DNA from: a virus
IMG/VR virus record: IMGVR_UViG_3300006217_000017
Span: 1-64,000 of that record
DNA length: 64,000 nucleotides
Direction: 5' to 3' (one strand)
Made by a program: the position numbers and the translations under genes. This document shows, piece by piece, positions 17,344 through 26,572 of this stretch; position 1 is the first letter of the stretch, and each line of letters starts with the position of its first letter. The notes beneath the pieces were generated by a model. The model was not told the origin of the DNA and did no database searches. It saw only the letters and a program-made list of their open reading frames with translations.

Positions 17344-17679
17344 CTATTCAGACCAGTCCAGCTTTTGACCGTAATTAAGACAATGGAAATAAAAATCTTT
17401 GTTATCCATAGGTATTCTGTCGGTTAAAATATCTCCGCAAGCTGGACAGCACAAATATTCTTCTTCCATATCTTCATAAAACGGTTTCATTATCGGCTTC
17501 TTCGGTAGCTGCCTTTCCCTTGCCTCCCGACATTCCTCGACTGTGCCGATTACTCGGTACTGCTGCAATTCTTGAATTAAATCAATAGCCTTATTTACTG
17601 CCAACCGTTCATTTTCAATGGGCTTATGCCCAAAAGTCCATATATCATCCAAAATCTCAATAATTTCATTCTCCGTCAT
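17344..17679 (-). CDS. hypothetical protein with zinc-ribbon-like CCPACG...HCLNYG
   Basis: 111-aa ORF lying in series. Confidence 0.45.
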   Translation of the reverse strand: MTENEIIEILDDIWTFGHKPIENERLAVNKAIDLIQELQQYRVIGTVEECREARERQLPKKPIMKPFYEDMEEEYLCCPACGDILTDRIPMDNKDFYFHCLNYGQKLDWSE

Positions 17680-17719
17680 TCCGCTACCTCCTTATAAGGA
17701 ACATGATATTTTGGCTTGT

Positions 17720-17959
17720 TTACCGCATTATTCCTAAACAATCCTTTACTTTGCAAGTTTCTTTATCAAATATTTGAACCACAACTCCCTGATGATAATT
17801 GCTTGTTTCGTAGTGTATTGCCGTTCCGATTTTCTTCTCTTTTGCAAACTTGGCAAACACAACCAATTCTTCCTTACTTTTAAATTCCTCAATGGGAATA
17901 TCTGATATGTATGTTTGTCCTTTGATTTCCTCTAATGCGTTTTTAAGAAATTCACTCAT
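17720..17959 (-). CDS. hypothetical protein
   Basis: 79-aa ORF lying in series. Confidence 0.4.
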   Translation of the reverse strand: MSEFLKNALEEIKGQTYISDIPIEEFKSKEELVVFAKFAKEKKIGTAIHYETSNYHQGVVVQIFDKETCKVKDCLGIMR

Positions 17960-17974
17960 TCCCCGCCCTCCAAT

Positions 17975-18301
17975 CTATTCAGCCGCAACACCGCCAGACT
18001 TGACGATTTCCAATGCTCTTTTCAACCCCTCCAAATAACCTCGATTATTATGTAATGAGCATATTTCAAACGTCATTTTGTTTTCAAATTTTCCATCCAC
18101 TTCCTTAATCTGTGTTTGCACGCATAATTCATACAAAGAAATAATTTCATCAATTTCCTCGATAACCTTATCCACATCATAAGCAGTTGCTTGACAATCT
18201 ATCAACTCGCACATTTTATTAACCTTGTCTGCCGGATAATTATTTACAATAGACATTCTAGCAATCTGTTTCTTAAATTCATCCGCATCAATCAACCTCA
18301 T
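17975..18301 (-). CDS. hypothetical protein
   Basis: 108-aa ORF lying in series. Confidence 0.4.
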   Translation of the reverse strand: MRLIDADEFKKQIARMSIVNNYPADKVNKMCELIDCQATAYDVDKVIEEIDEIISLYELCVQTQIKEVDGKFENKMTFEICSLHNNRGYLEGLKRALEIVKSGGVAAE

Positions 18302-18310
18302 AACCGAACC

Positions 18311-19475
18311 TCATTTCTTATAATTTTCTTCCAAATACTTCCTATTTTCCTCCGAGCAATACTTATCCATGTAATAATCTCTATTCGGTATACCGATTTT
18401 CAGATTTCCATGCACTTTAAGCCATTCAAGAACAAACCAATAACCTAATCCGTCTTTGCTCGGTTGCCACATTCCGCTGTCGGAAAATTCGCCGCCACGA
18501 ATGACATAATCACATAGTTTTGGCTCTTGCTCGGAAAGTCTTACAAACCGCTGTTTGTCTTGTGTGATACCAAATCCGCAGAAGATACACCCAGTCCTCT
18601 TGCACCCTGTTGTTTCATACTGGCAGCCTCGGTAATCGCCAAGATAGTCATGTATGTTCATCTGCCCGTCAACACCATCATTTTTCACAACTACTTGACC
18701 GTATGCGTCTGCAATGGTAAGGTTGTATGTATGTATGTATGTATGTGAGGACATCTTGCTCTGTCCAAAATGACATAGGATTAGATGATTGCTGTTTCTT
18801 ATCGCCCCAAGCATTGCAACCGTATTTTAGCCACCGTTGCCGTCTCAACCTGCTTTCATCTGCCATTGTCGCAAGAATGATTTTCCTGCCGCTTTTCCTC
18901 TCATAATTCCTTGCAGGATTTTTCTTCATAACCTTGCAACATCTATCAGAAATATTGAATGGTGCGTCAAGCAGGAATTTGTATGCAGATACATCAAACT
19001 GACTTTTCGTGCCATCTTCAAGCGGTGCATAATGACCTTTTCCTAATATTCTGTCAATTCGGAACTTATACGAACCATCGCCACGCCTTAATCCAATTCG
19101 TGCCTCTTGAACCACTTGCGACACTTCCTTTCCGATAATCGGATACCCATACTTGATAATCACATCTCGGAAATTCATTGTCGGTCTAAGTTCTGTCACA
19201 TTCTCTTTTGACAATGCAAACTTCCTTACTGACGGATATTCTAAGCCGGTATTTACGAATACCGCTTCAATGTTCGGATAATCCTTTCTGACTATATCAA
19301 GCAAAACCGTGCTGTCCTTGCCGCCAGAAAAGCTGACATATACGCCATCTTCTCCGAATTCATCAATCCAACCTCTTATCCGTTTCCTTGTCATTTGAAT
19401 TTTGGCTTGCAGGGGCAAGGATTGCATTTGTTTTAGTTCCCATAATTCGTGTCTGTTTGCCATATCAGCCACCAA
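18311..19475 (-). pseudogene. PAPS-reductase-family (adenine-nucleotide alpha-hydrolase) gene split by a frameshift in a tetranucleotide repeat
   Basis: The N-terminal part carries the P-loop-like VSFSGGKDSTVLLD. The frame changes inside ACA(TACA)5. Removing one 4-nt unit joins ...WTEQDVLTYIHTY to NLTIADAYGQVV...GCKRTGCIFCGFG, giving about 386 aa. Confidence 0.8.
18724..18746. repeat. tetranucleotide simple sequence repeat, (TGTA)5TGT on the plus strand
   Basis: Read directly from the sequence. It lies exactly at the frame switch of the PAPS-reductase-like gene. Confidence 0.95.
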
Positions 19476-19665
19476 TCGTTTCTGAATATGCTTTATTTAT
19501 TTCTTCTACAAACTCAGAAAGACAATCTTTGCATATCTCAATTTCTGAACCGTCCTCAACCGAAATCCTATATATGTCCGTTTCAGTTTTCGTTAAAAGA
19601 CAGTTAAAACAACAACCCCTATACTTCATTTTGGAAATCTTAACCATTCTTATCACTTCCTCCAT
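19465..19665 (-). CDS. hypothetical Cys-containing small protein
   Basis: 66-aa ORF lying in series. Confidence 0.4.
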   Translation of the reverse strand: MEEVIRMVKISKMKYRGCCFNCLLTKTETDIYRISVEDGSEIEICKDCLSEFVEEINKAYSETIGG

Positions 19666-20248
19666 AATTCTTTTCGTCTAACAACTGATTAAACTTCTCC
19701 AACTGTTTCTTCGAAGTCTTATTGTTCTTCTTTTCGTCTTTCAGCCTTATGGTCAAGTGCTTGTCTATGATAGATTTAAGTTCTTTTGCAAGGATTTTCT
19801 TGCCCTGCAAGATTCCGTCACGATAGCCTTTTTGCGGACGGTATTCGTCAATCTGTTGTTTACCTTCGCCCTGCCCTCCTGCGGTCTTATTTCGTAGTTG
19901 ATAACCGTTGCATGCGTAAACCTTTATGTAATGCTGTTCCTTTTCGTCTAACTCTGATAAAGGAAAGTGCATAAACCCGATTTTCCACCCATACGGATTG
20001 TCGGGGGAATATAGACCATGTTTTTTCAGCGACAAGTCTATATGCTGATATGATGTAAGGTGCTGTGCAAGGCGTGTTAAAATGTGCTTTGCCTGTCCGA
20101 TGTAGGCATATTTTATGTCATTTTCATCAACCCTTGTCAGAAAGTAAATCCCGCTTTTCTCGTCAAGCTTAGGATTGACCGCAAGCAGACGCTTTTTGTT
20201 GGCTTGCTCTACTGCTTTCGCTTTGTCTATGTTCTGTCGGTTGTTCAC
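19640..20248 (-). CDS. GIY-YIG nuclease-domain protein
   Basis: GIYFLTRVDENDIKYAYIGQAKHILTRLAQH ... YQLRNKTAGG. Confidence 0.7.
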   Translation of the reverse strand: MNNRQNIDKAKAVEQANKKRLLAVNPKLDEKSGIYFLTRVDENDIKYAYIGQAKHILTRLAQHLTSYQHIDLSLKKHGLYSPDNPYGWKIGFMHFPLSELDEKEQHYIKVYACNGYQLRNKTAGGQGEGKQQIDEYRPQKGYRDGILQGKKILAKELKSIIDKHLTIRLKDEKKNNKTSKKQLEKFNQLLDEKNYGGSDKNG

Positions 20249-20263
20249 TGGTTATCACGCTCC

Positions 20264-20467
20264 TTAATAAAAATAATTCAACTTAATCCAAACATCAGAA
20301 TTTCCATGATATTCCGTATCTGTATCAATAACTATGGTATCTGATGGTTGTTCAGATAAAACACTGTCGCTGTATTTCTCCTTTAATTTTTCAAAAATAA
20401 ATCTCTGCACTTCTTCAATGTCCTTTGGCTTTGCCTTGTTCTCGTTGTGCTTAATATTTTCACTCAT
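20264..20467 (-). CDS. hypothetical protein
   Basis: 67-aa ORF lying in series. Confidence 0.4.
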   Translation of the reverse strand: MSENIKHNENKAKPKDIEEVQRFIFEKLKEKYSDSVLSEQPSDTIVIDTDTEYHGNSDVWIKLNYFY

Positions 20468-20766
20468 TCCTCATCACACTCGCTTTCTAACCATTCCTTA
20501 AAACAATCTTTGCAACCTTTATCATGCGTGTGGTAATCTTCCCATTTGCAATCTTCTTCTCCTGTCATGCAGGGTTCAGAGTAAGCAGTATTTACTTTGA
20601 GAAGAAATTCCGCCAATTCCTCAACGCTCATTCCCTTAATTTTTTCGTAATTACTTATTTTCTTACCTGCCTTTCCTTTGTCACACATTCTGCACTCGCT
20701 ACAATCTTGTTCTATTCCTAATGCACAAGCCATATTTAATCCCCACTTCCCCATAGTTCGTTGCAT
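20464..20766 (-). CDS. hypothetical Cys-rich protein
   Basis: 100-aa ORF. The true start may be the internal MACALG. Confidence 0.4.
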   Translation of the reverse strand: MQRTMGKWGLNMACALGIEQDCSECRMCDKGKAGKKISNYEKIKGMSVEELAEFLLKVNTAYSEPCMTGEEDCKWEDYHTHDKGCKDCFKEWLESECDEE

Positions 20767-21014
20767 TCTTCTGCATATGTAGCCATTTCTTCCTCGAACA
20801 TACGAACCATTCTTTTTAATATATCAGTACATCCGACTGGATGAATTTCTTTTCCTTCTCCTACATCTTCCTTGTAATATCTGCTCTTTTCAATTTTTCC
20901 ATGATACGGATATATCGTATGGATATATTTACTATCGCAACCGACATAAACCGAATATCTAAGCAGACTATCATCAGAAACATATTCATTTCTTAAAACT
21001 GTTCCTATCCTCAT
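20736..21014 (-). CDS. hypothetical protein
   Basis: 92-aa ORF lying in series. Confidence 0.4.
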   Translation of the reverse strand: MRIGTVLRNEYVSDDSLLRYSVYVGCDSKYIHTIYPYHGKIEKSRYYKEDVGEGKEIHPVGCTDILKRMVRMFEEEMATYAEECNELWGSGD

Positions 21015-21023
21015 ACCAAATCC

Positions 21024-21248
21024 TCACTTCCCTTCAAAATTTCCTGCACCGTCAGGATAATTAGGCATCGGATAATAGCTTGGAAACTTTCTAAAATTTT
21101 TAATCATTCCATTTTCGTCAAACTCTCTGCCACATTCCCCACAACAAACACATTCCGATGGATGTTCATTACTTCTTTTACATTGTTCGCAAGTTGCACT
21201 CGCCCTTACAAAATTAATTGTCATAACATTTCCTCTCTTTCTTCTCAC
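21024..21248 (-). CDS. hypothetical zinc-ribbon-like protein
   Basis: CEQC...CVCCGEC within 74 aa. Confidence 0.4.
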   Translation of the reverse strand: MRRKRGNVMTINFVRASATCEQCKRSNEHPSECVCCGECGREFDENGMIKNFRKFPSYYPMPNYPDGAGNFEGK

Positions 21249-21277
21249 CCGACAAAATCATGTCGAACCACTTCTTT

Positions 21278-21463
21278 TTAATTAGCAGGGTTAGCATTTT
21301 GGGTGTCCTCCTTATTCGTTTTATAGCATGGAGCAATCATAATTCCGCTAATGGGTAAACCGTAAAATTTACCGTCCGTATCTCCACAAATCCATTCTCC
21401 TTTTTCTTTTGTAATCCCTTTGCACCATGCACAAAAATTTATACACGCTTTTATTTTGCTCAT
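21278..21463 (-). CDS. hypothetical protein
   Basis: 61-aa ORF lying in series. Confidence 0.35.
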   Translation of the reverse strand: MSKIKACINFCAWCKGITKEKGEWICGDTDGKFYGLPISGIMIAPCYKTNKEDTQNANPAN

Positions 21464-21465
21464 TT

Positions 21466-21792
21466 TTAAATATCCCCTATCTTTTCATCTAACCAATCCA
21501 CAAATTCACTTTCGCTATTCAATGCAGATTGTGGAATATCATATTCCCGTTGCCATAGCTCGCCACAGCAATCCCATTCGTTATACAAATAAACATTTCT
21601 TTCCTGCGGATTTACCGTTATCCAAAGCACTTCAATTTCGTTGTGGTTTATTGTTTTTACATAACCACTCATTCCATTTATTCCGTTACTTTCTCTGTAT
21701 TTGAAACCTAAGTTAATCAGAAATGCGCACTGCAAACAGAAGTTCAAATTATCTTTAAATATCCCCATTCCCTCAACCTCCCATAAAATCAA
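21466..21792 (-). CDS. hypothetical protein
   Basis: 108-aa ORF lying in series. Confidence 0.4.
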   Translation of the reverse strand: MILWEVEGMGIFKDNLNFCLQCAFLINLGFKYRESNGINGMSGYVKTINHNEIEVLWITVNPQERNVYLYNEWDCCGELWQREYDIPQSALNSESEFVDWLDEKIGDI

Positions 21793-22441
21793 ATAAATTC
21801 ATCTGTGCCAATTCTCTGTCAAGGCGTTCTTTTGACAGTTTGTAATAATGTTTATCAAGTTCAAATCCGACAAACTTGTGGTTGGTATTCCTGCAAGCGA
21901 TAAGGCTACTTGCAGAGCCAACATGAGTATCAAGGATAATATCTCCATCCTTGGCATATCTTGTTAAAATCCATTCGTATAGGGCGACGGGTTTCTGTGT
22001 GGCATGAATACGGTCTTTTTCGTTACTCATACCTATCCATTCTTTAGATGTTCCGTCTAAATTAGTCCATGCGTATTCGCACATTGAAAAACTCACATCT
22101 TCTGATATTTGAGGTTTTCTCCATATCAGAAAACACTTTGTAGGTGGTAATGAGAAATAATTTCCTCCCCACACAATAGCGTGTTTTGAAACTCTGAATA
22201 ATTCCTTGAAATATTCTGCAGACGTGGGGCTGTTATCCCAATATGCCTTTGGATATTCCGATTGTTTATCGCCTTTTCTCCTACCCATGCTATTATTGAT
22301 ATTTATTCCATACGGAGGGTCAACCACCGCTAAATCAAAATACTTATCATGGAATTGTTTCATTCCTATCATGCAGTCACAATTCACATAAATGCTTGTC
22401 GGGTGTTCTAAATCAAATTCTGTTCCACAAATGTTAATCAT
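21773..22441 (-). CDS. DNA methyltransferase, N6-adenine/N4-cytosine (beta class)
   Basis: DPPY motif (LAVVDPPYGI) comes first. ATQKPVALYEWIL and ILDTHVGSASS (the SAM-binding motif) follow. Confidence 0.85.
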   Translation of the reverse strand: MINICGTEFDLEHPTSIYVNCDCMIGMKQFHDKYFDLAVVDPPYGININNSMGRRKGDKQSEYPKAYWDNSPTSAEYFKELFRVSKHAIVWGGNYFSLPPTKCFLIWRKPQISEDVSFSMCEYAWTNLDGTSKEWIGMSNEKDRIHATQKPVALYEWILTRYAKDGDIILDTHVGSASSLIACRNTNHKFVGFELDKHYYKLSKERLDRELAQMNLFDFMGG

Positions 22442-22510
22442 TCTTTTTGTTGGAGTAAAGTATACTTTCAGTGGCTAGCCAAAACCTCCATTACCTCCAA
22501 TCTTGAAATT

Positions 22511-22726
22511 TTATTTAACTATATATTCCTCTAAAAGTCGTTCTCTCATATCATAAAAGTATTTTTCCTTACAATCGCTGCAACTGATATTTTCACAGTC
22601 ATTCTCTGGGTTTCCATTACCGCCATACGGGCAATATGCGTTTCCAAATGCCTATTTTCTTGCACCTATCAGTTCTAATATAAGATTTTCTATATTTTCA
22701 TTTGCTCTATCTCTTTTCTTTCCCAT
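22511..22726 (-). pseudogene. small Cys-rich ORF interrupted by an in-frame TAG
   Basis: Hand translation: MGKKRDRANENIENLILELIGARK*AFGNAYCPYGGNGNPENDCENISCSDCKEKYFYDMRERLLEEYIVK. The TAG is at 22652-22654. No start codon follows it. Confidence 0.4.
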
Positions 22727-22736
22727 CTTCTCACCC

Positions 22737-23186
22737 TCACTTCCTCGTCAATTCCTCATAGCACTTTTGAAACCTTATGAAATCCTCTGCATTGCCACCG
22801 TTGTCTGGATGGGCGTGTTTCATAGCGTATCGAACTGCGTCAACTGTATCTTTTGAAATTTGTGACACTCCCTGATAGCCATTTCCATACACATTCCGAT
22901 ATGCACCGATTAAAGATTTAAGCCGCATATTTTCCATAAGAAGTTCTGCGTTTCTATTCCTTAAACTCTCAGTTTCCGCATTTTCGCAATCTGAAATGCT
23001 TCTGTACATCTTAAAATTATTTCTGATTTCCTCGACTTGCTTTTTCAAAATCATGTTGTCAAATTTCAAGTCTTTATATTTTCTAATATGGTCTATCAAA
23101 AAACCAATCAGAAATATAATTCCGATTATTACTAAGTTCCAAATCATTTCATATCTCCAATCAGTTAAATGGAAGCTCCTCGTCAA
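22737..23186 (-). CDS. membrane-anchored protein with a C-terminal J-domain-like segment
   Basis: N-terminal TM segment (IWNLVIIGIIFLIGFLI), then a coiled-coil, then AVRYAMKHAHPDNGGNAEDFIRFQKCYEEL, which contains an HPD tripeptide. Confidence 0.55.
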   Translation of the reverse strand: MTRSFHLTDWRYEMIWNLVIIGIIFLIGFLIDHIRKYKDLKFDNMILKKQVEEIRNNFKMYRSISDCENAETESLRNRNAELLMENMRLKSLIGAYRNVYGNGYQGVSQISKDTVDAVRYAMKHAHPDNGGNAEDFIRFQKCYEELTRK

Positions 23187-23586
23187 TTCCGTCCGGTATA
23201 TTCATCCAGCCGCCCTCATCAACGCTTGCCTGCGATACAGCCTGCGGTCTTTCGCTCTGGTTTGCGTTCTTGCTCTCGGCAAACTCGCAGCTTTCCACAA
23301 CAATATCCGTTGTGTAGACTTTGATACCGTCTTTATTCGTATAACTGCCCGTCTGAATACGCCCCTCAACCAAAATCTTAATGCCCTTATGCAGATACTT
23401 CTCCGCAAACTCGCCATTCTTTCCAAATGCGATACAGTTAATAAAATCTGCGTTCGGTTCGCCGTCACGCTTGAATTTTCGGTCAACTGCCAGCGTGTAC
23501 CTTGCTATCGCCATAGGGTTATTGCCTTGCGAATATCTGACCTCTGGATCCCTAACCAATCTGCCCATCAAGATAATTTTATTCAT
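23161..23586 (-). CDS. ssb: single-stranded DNA-binding protein
   Basis: MNKIILMGRLVRDPEVRY...FINCIAFGKNGEFAEKYLHKGIKILVEGRIQTGSY, with an acidic C-terminal DEELPF tail. Confidence 0.9.
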   Translation of the reverse strand: MNKIILMGRLVRDPEVRYSQGNNPMAIARYTLAVDRKFKRDGEPNADFINCIAFGKNGEFAEKYLHKGIKILVEGRIQTGSYTNKDGIKVYTTDIVVESCEFAESKNANQSERPQAVSQASVDEGGWMNIPDGIDEELPFN

Positions 23587-23640
23587 TGTCTTTGCCCTCG
23601 CTTTCTTTTCTCGCTTCTCCTAAAATCCACTCAAGTTCCT

Positions 23641-23931
23641 CTATGGTTCTGTATAGAACCCGATGTATTCTTTTGGCACTTCCATTTCTTTTAAAATCTT
23701 TTCAAATTCTTCCTCTGTCATGTTATTTGGGCGGAAATAATCTCTAAGCCATTCAAACGGTTTAAGATGATTTTTCAACACATCTTTTGCTTCTTCTCTT
23801 GCCTTTTCCGCACACTTTTCTATGTATTCTTCATCAGTCATGTTGTAATGTGTAGGGCAATCTACGATACTTGAAAACCTGCATAATAATCCGTTTGGCT
23901 GTCTTGTAACAAATGCTCCCATATACCTCAA
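23641..23931 (-). CDS. hypothetical protein
   Basis: 96-aa ORF lying in series. Confidence 0.4.
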   Translation of the reverse strand: MRYMGAFVTRQPNGLLCRFSSIVDCPTHYNMTDEEYIEKCAEKAREEAKDVLKNHLKPFEWLRDYFRPNNMTEEEFEKILKEMEVPKEYIGFYTEP

Positions 23932-23941
23932 TCTCCTTTCC

Positions 23942-24343
23942 CTAAAACGTCAGCTCATTTTCAAACCTGTAATTCTGCACCACCGACACGAAATCCGCAT
24001 GACTTTCGTATAGGAATTGGGCGATTTCATTTGGTGTTGGATAATGGTCAAATTCCCGTTCTCCAATTACTGTTTTTGTGTAATTAAATGGCATGTCACT
24101 ATTCTTTAATGCTCTTGCTACCCAATACTGCTCGAGTTTCTTTCTCTCTGATGTCTTTACAGTCACATTATGTAACATTGATTTTTCCTCGCTTTCCTTT
24201 TCTGATTTTGCATTGCTTTCAACTTCATCTAATGCCGATGTAAGAAGATTGATAAATCTTTTCGTTGGCTTAATCAAAACTTCCCTTTCAAGCATTAACG
24301 GAGAACTTATTGCCCTCAATTCCTTAATATCTTTTTCTCTCAC
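23942..24343 (-). CDS. hypothetical protein
   Basis: 133-aa ORF. Its GTG start overlaps the preceding stop (GTGA). Confidence 0.45.
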   Translation of the reverse strand: MREKDIKELRAISSPLMLEREVLIKPTKRFINLLTSALDEVESNAKSEKESEEKSMLHNVTVKTSERKKLEQYWVARALKNSDMPFNYTKTVIGEREFDHYPTPNEIAQFLYESHADFVSVVQNYRFENELTF

Positions 24344-24756
24344 TTCTTCCCCTCCATTTCTGCTAACGCCCGCTCTGCCTCTGGTCGTGTGAGGAAAACA
24401 TCTCTCCCTATATCCGTCTTGCGATAGGAATATTCACCGTCCCATTCGTCCGCACATTCCATTTTGAAACTTTCAACCAAGTTATTATTAAAAATCTTGA
24501 AATTTAGAACTTGCAACGGAATTATGGGTTGTTCTGCTCCTTTGTTGATTCAATAGACTGTATCGCCTACGGAACACGGGAAAATGCGAATCCTTCCATT
24601 TTCCTCCATTTCCTCATATCGCTTAACCGCTTTATACGCCTTTTGCAGTAAGCCACGGCAAGTCAAAACTGATTTCTGTTCGTAACAAGTGCAATCCGCA
24701 CAACCATTTCCTTCCAAGCAACGCCTTAATTCCTCTGATAATTTCTTTTCTGCCAT
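24340..24756 (-). pseudogene. ORF with an in-frame TGA
   Basis: The 68-aa ORF ends at TGA (24550-24552). The same frame then stays open for 69 more codons (INKGAEQPIIPLQVLNFKIF...DIGRDVFLTRPEAERALAEMEGKK). It ends exactly at the GTGA junction with the next gene. Confidence 0.45.
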
Positions 24757-24782
24757 AGGTTCTCCTTTCTGGGTGGTTATGC

Positions 24783-25568
24783 TTATTCTTTATATGGCTT
24801 AGGTAATGGCTGCCATGCAACTATTTCGCCTTTAAATTTCTTTTCAACCCTTCCATGATTGCATAAAACTTTTTCTACATATCTTTTGCCTGTTAATGTT
24901 TCGTAAGTGATAAGGATTTTCACATATTCATTTTTTAGTCTTTCATCAACTATATAATTATCATGAATAATATAAGGAACAATCCAACCGTCCGAGTTTG
25001 GTTTTGAGCATGTATTTATTTCTCTGTTTATTTCTTCAATCTTGGCAAATGAAATAGTTTTATTATCAAAATCATTTCTTGGAAAATCAAGAATATCTCT
25101 CGTGAAATCGCAATATGTATCACTTGACATAATCAAAATCATTTCTGTTCCATTGGGATAGTAAAAACTAGATTTTTTATCATAGACAACATAAACTAAA
25201 TCTCTTTCATTACACCAATCTTCAAGAATATCAGCATTGAATTGATAAGGCTGATTTACCAACACAATCTTCTTTGTTTTGTTAATTTTAAATAAAATGG
25301 CATGGTCTTTTTCTGGAAGCTTATCAACAATTTCTTTACGAAAAATTGTATTGTTATATGTTCTTTCTCCGTGTAACAACCTTTCAAAACACCCAACTTC
25401 ACAATAATTTGCCATTTTATTAAATCCAAAAAAATCTATAAAAGAATAAAACAAATTTTCTCGCAACTTTCGTTCTTCCTTTGAAATTCCACTTGCATGT
25501 CCAAATGGGTAAGATATATTTTCCCACTTCATATTTTCCCTCTCTTTCTCAAAATGGATATTTTGCAA
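24783..25568 (-). CDS. hypothetical protein
   Basis: 261-aa ORF lying in series. Confidence 0.5.
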   Translation of the reverse strand: MQNIHFEKERENMKWENISYPFGHASGISKEERKLRENLFYSFIDFFGFNKMANYCEVGCFERLLHGERTYNNTIFRKEIVDKLPEKDHAILFKINKTKKIVLVNQPYQFNADILEDWCNERDLVYVVYDKKSSFYYPNGTEMILIMSSDTYCDFTRDILDFPRNDFDNKTISFAKIEEINREINTCSKPNSDGWIVPYIIHDNYIVDERLKNEYVKILITYETLTGKRYVEKVLCNHGRVEKKFKGEIVAWQPLPKPYKE

Positions 25569-25592
25569 TCCTGCCGATATGCGGGCGGTTAA

Positions 25593-26555
25593 TCATCGTT
25601 TCTTTCCGTATAAAATTTCTTCCGCAGACCAATTCTTTCTATATCTTCCGTGTATAGTCCTGTAATTTATTCCCAATTCCACAGACCATTCTTTTAATGT
25701 TTTCTCAACACCGTTAAAACTTAATCTCAAATCTGTTTTCTTGAAATTAATTGCTTCCTCTATTGACAATCCCTTTTCCAATCTTGAAGAAAGAGTTGCC
25801 CTATTTATTCCTGTAATTTCAGAAACTTCCGATAATGTCATTTCCTTTCCTTTATAAATAACAATAAAATTATTCCTTTTGTTTCTTTGTTGCTCCTTGT
25901 TTTTTGCCCATCTGCAATTATCTGGAGAATAACCTTTATCATTGTCGATACGGTCTATGGTGCATTGTCCGTAGTCTGCATTTTCGTCATATCCAGTTGA
26001 GTATGCCCACTCTGCAAAATTTTCTACGCCATGTTCTCCTAGCCATTCCTTACAAACAGTTATCCCTCTGCCGCCGTAATTACCATATTCAAATTCGTTT
26101 GGATTGTAACATCTTCGTTTCATTCCCTGCCAAACATTGTAAATCCTTGTTCCTTTTAGTCCGTGTTTTGTAGATTTTTCTTTATTTATATCTTTTTCTA
26201 AGCAACCGCAAGACTTTGTATTTCCGCTTCTCAAGTTCTCTGCCTTAACCAAAATCTTTGTTCCGCAGTCGCACTCACAAAGATACATAACGTGCGTTCT
26301 TCCAGACTTCGTCCTTACGTTCTCCGCCTGCTCAATTACTTTTAATCTGCCATATTTTTTACCAACAAGGCTTTTTGTCCTTATGCAACCGCATGAAACC
26401 TGTCCATGTAAAAGGTTTGAAGATTTTACATTTATTTCATTTCCGCAATCACATCTACAATTCCATGTGCAACGGTTTCCACTGTCGTTTTCCCCTCTGT
26501 TTACAACAACCAATTTCCCAAATCGCTTTCCTGTTAAATCCTTTATCTTTCCCAT
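25593..26555 (-). CDS. zinc-ribbon repeat plus HNH-associated/AP2-like core; homing-endonuclease-like protein (paralog 3)
   Basis: Two G-K-R/K-F/Y-G-x-L-x-V...C-x-C-D-C-G...S/C-G-C units come first. Next is YGNYGGRGITVCKEW...TGY...CTIDRIDNDKGYSPDNCRWA. Two HTH-like tails follow. Confidence 0.6.
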   Translation of the reverse strand: MGKIKDLTGKRFGKLVVVNRGENDSGNRCTWNCRCDCGNEINVKSSNLLHGQVSCGCIRTKSLVGKKYGRLKVIEQAENVRTKSGRTHVMYLCECDCGTKILVKAENLRSGNTKSCGCLEKDINKEKSTKHGLKGTRIYNVWQGMKRRCYNPNEFEYGNYGGRGITVCKEWLGEHGVENFAEWAYSTGYDENADYGQCTIDRIDNDKGYSPDNCRWAKNKEQQRNKRNNFIVIYKGKEMTLSEVSEITGINRATLSSRLEKGLSIEEAINFKKTDLRLSFNGVEKTLKEWSVELGINYRTIHGRYRKNWSAEEILYGKKR

Positions 26556-26572
26556 ATCTCCGTTTCCTTTCT

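Noticed and set aside
22511-24756. Genome-wide stop-codon reassignment (TAG or TGA recoding) as the explanation for the two in-frame stops
   Set aside because: TGA, TAG and TAA all terminate many well-supported genes here, often at tight ATGA/GTGA junctions. Large genes contain no internal stops, and no suppressor tRNA was seen. Local mutation or readthrough is more likely.
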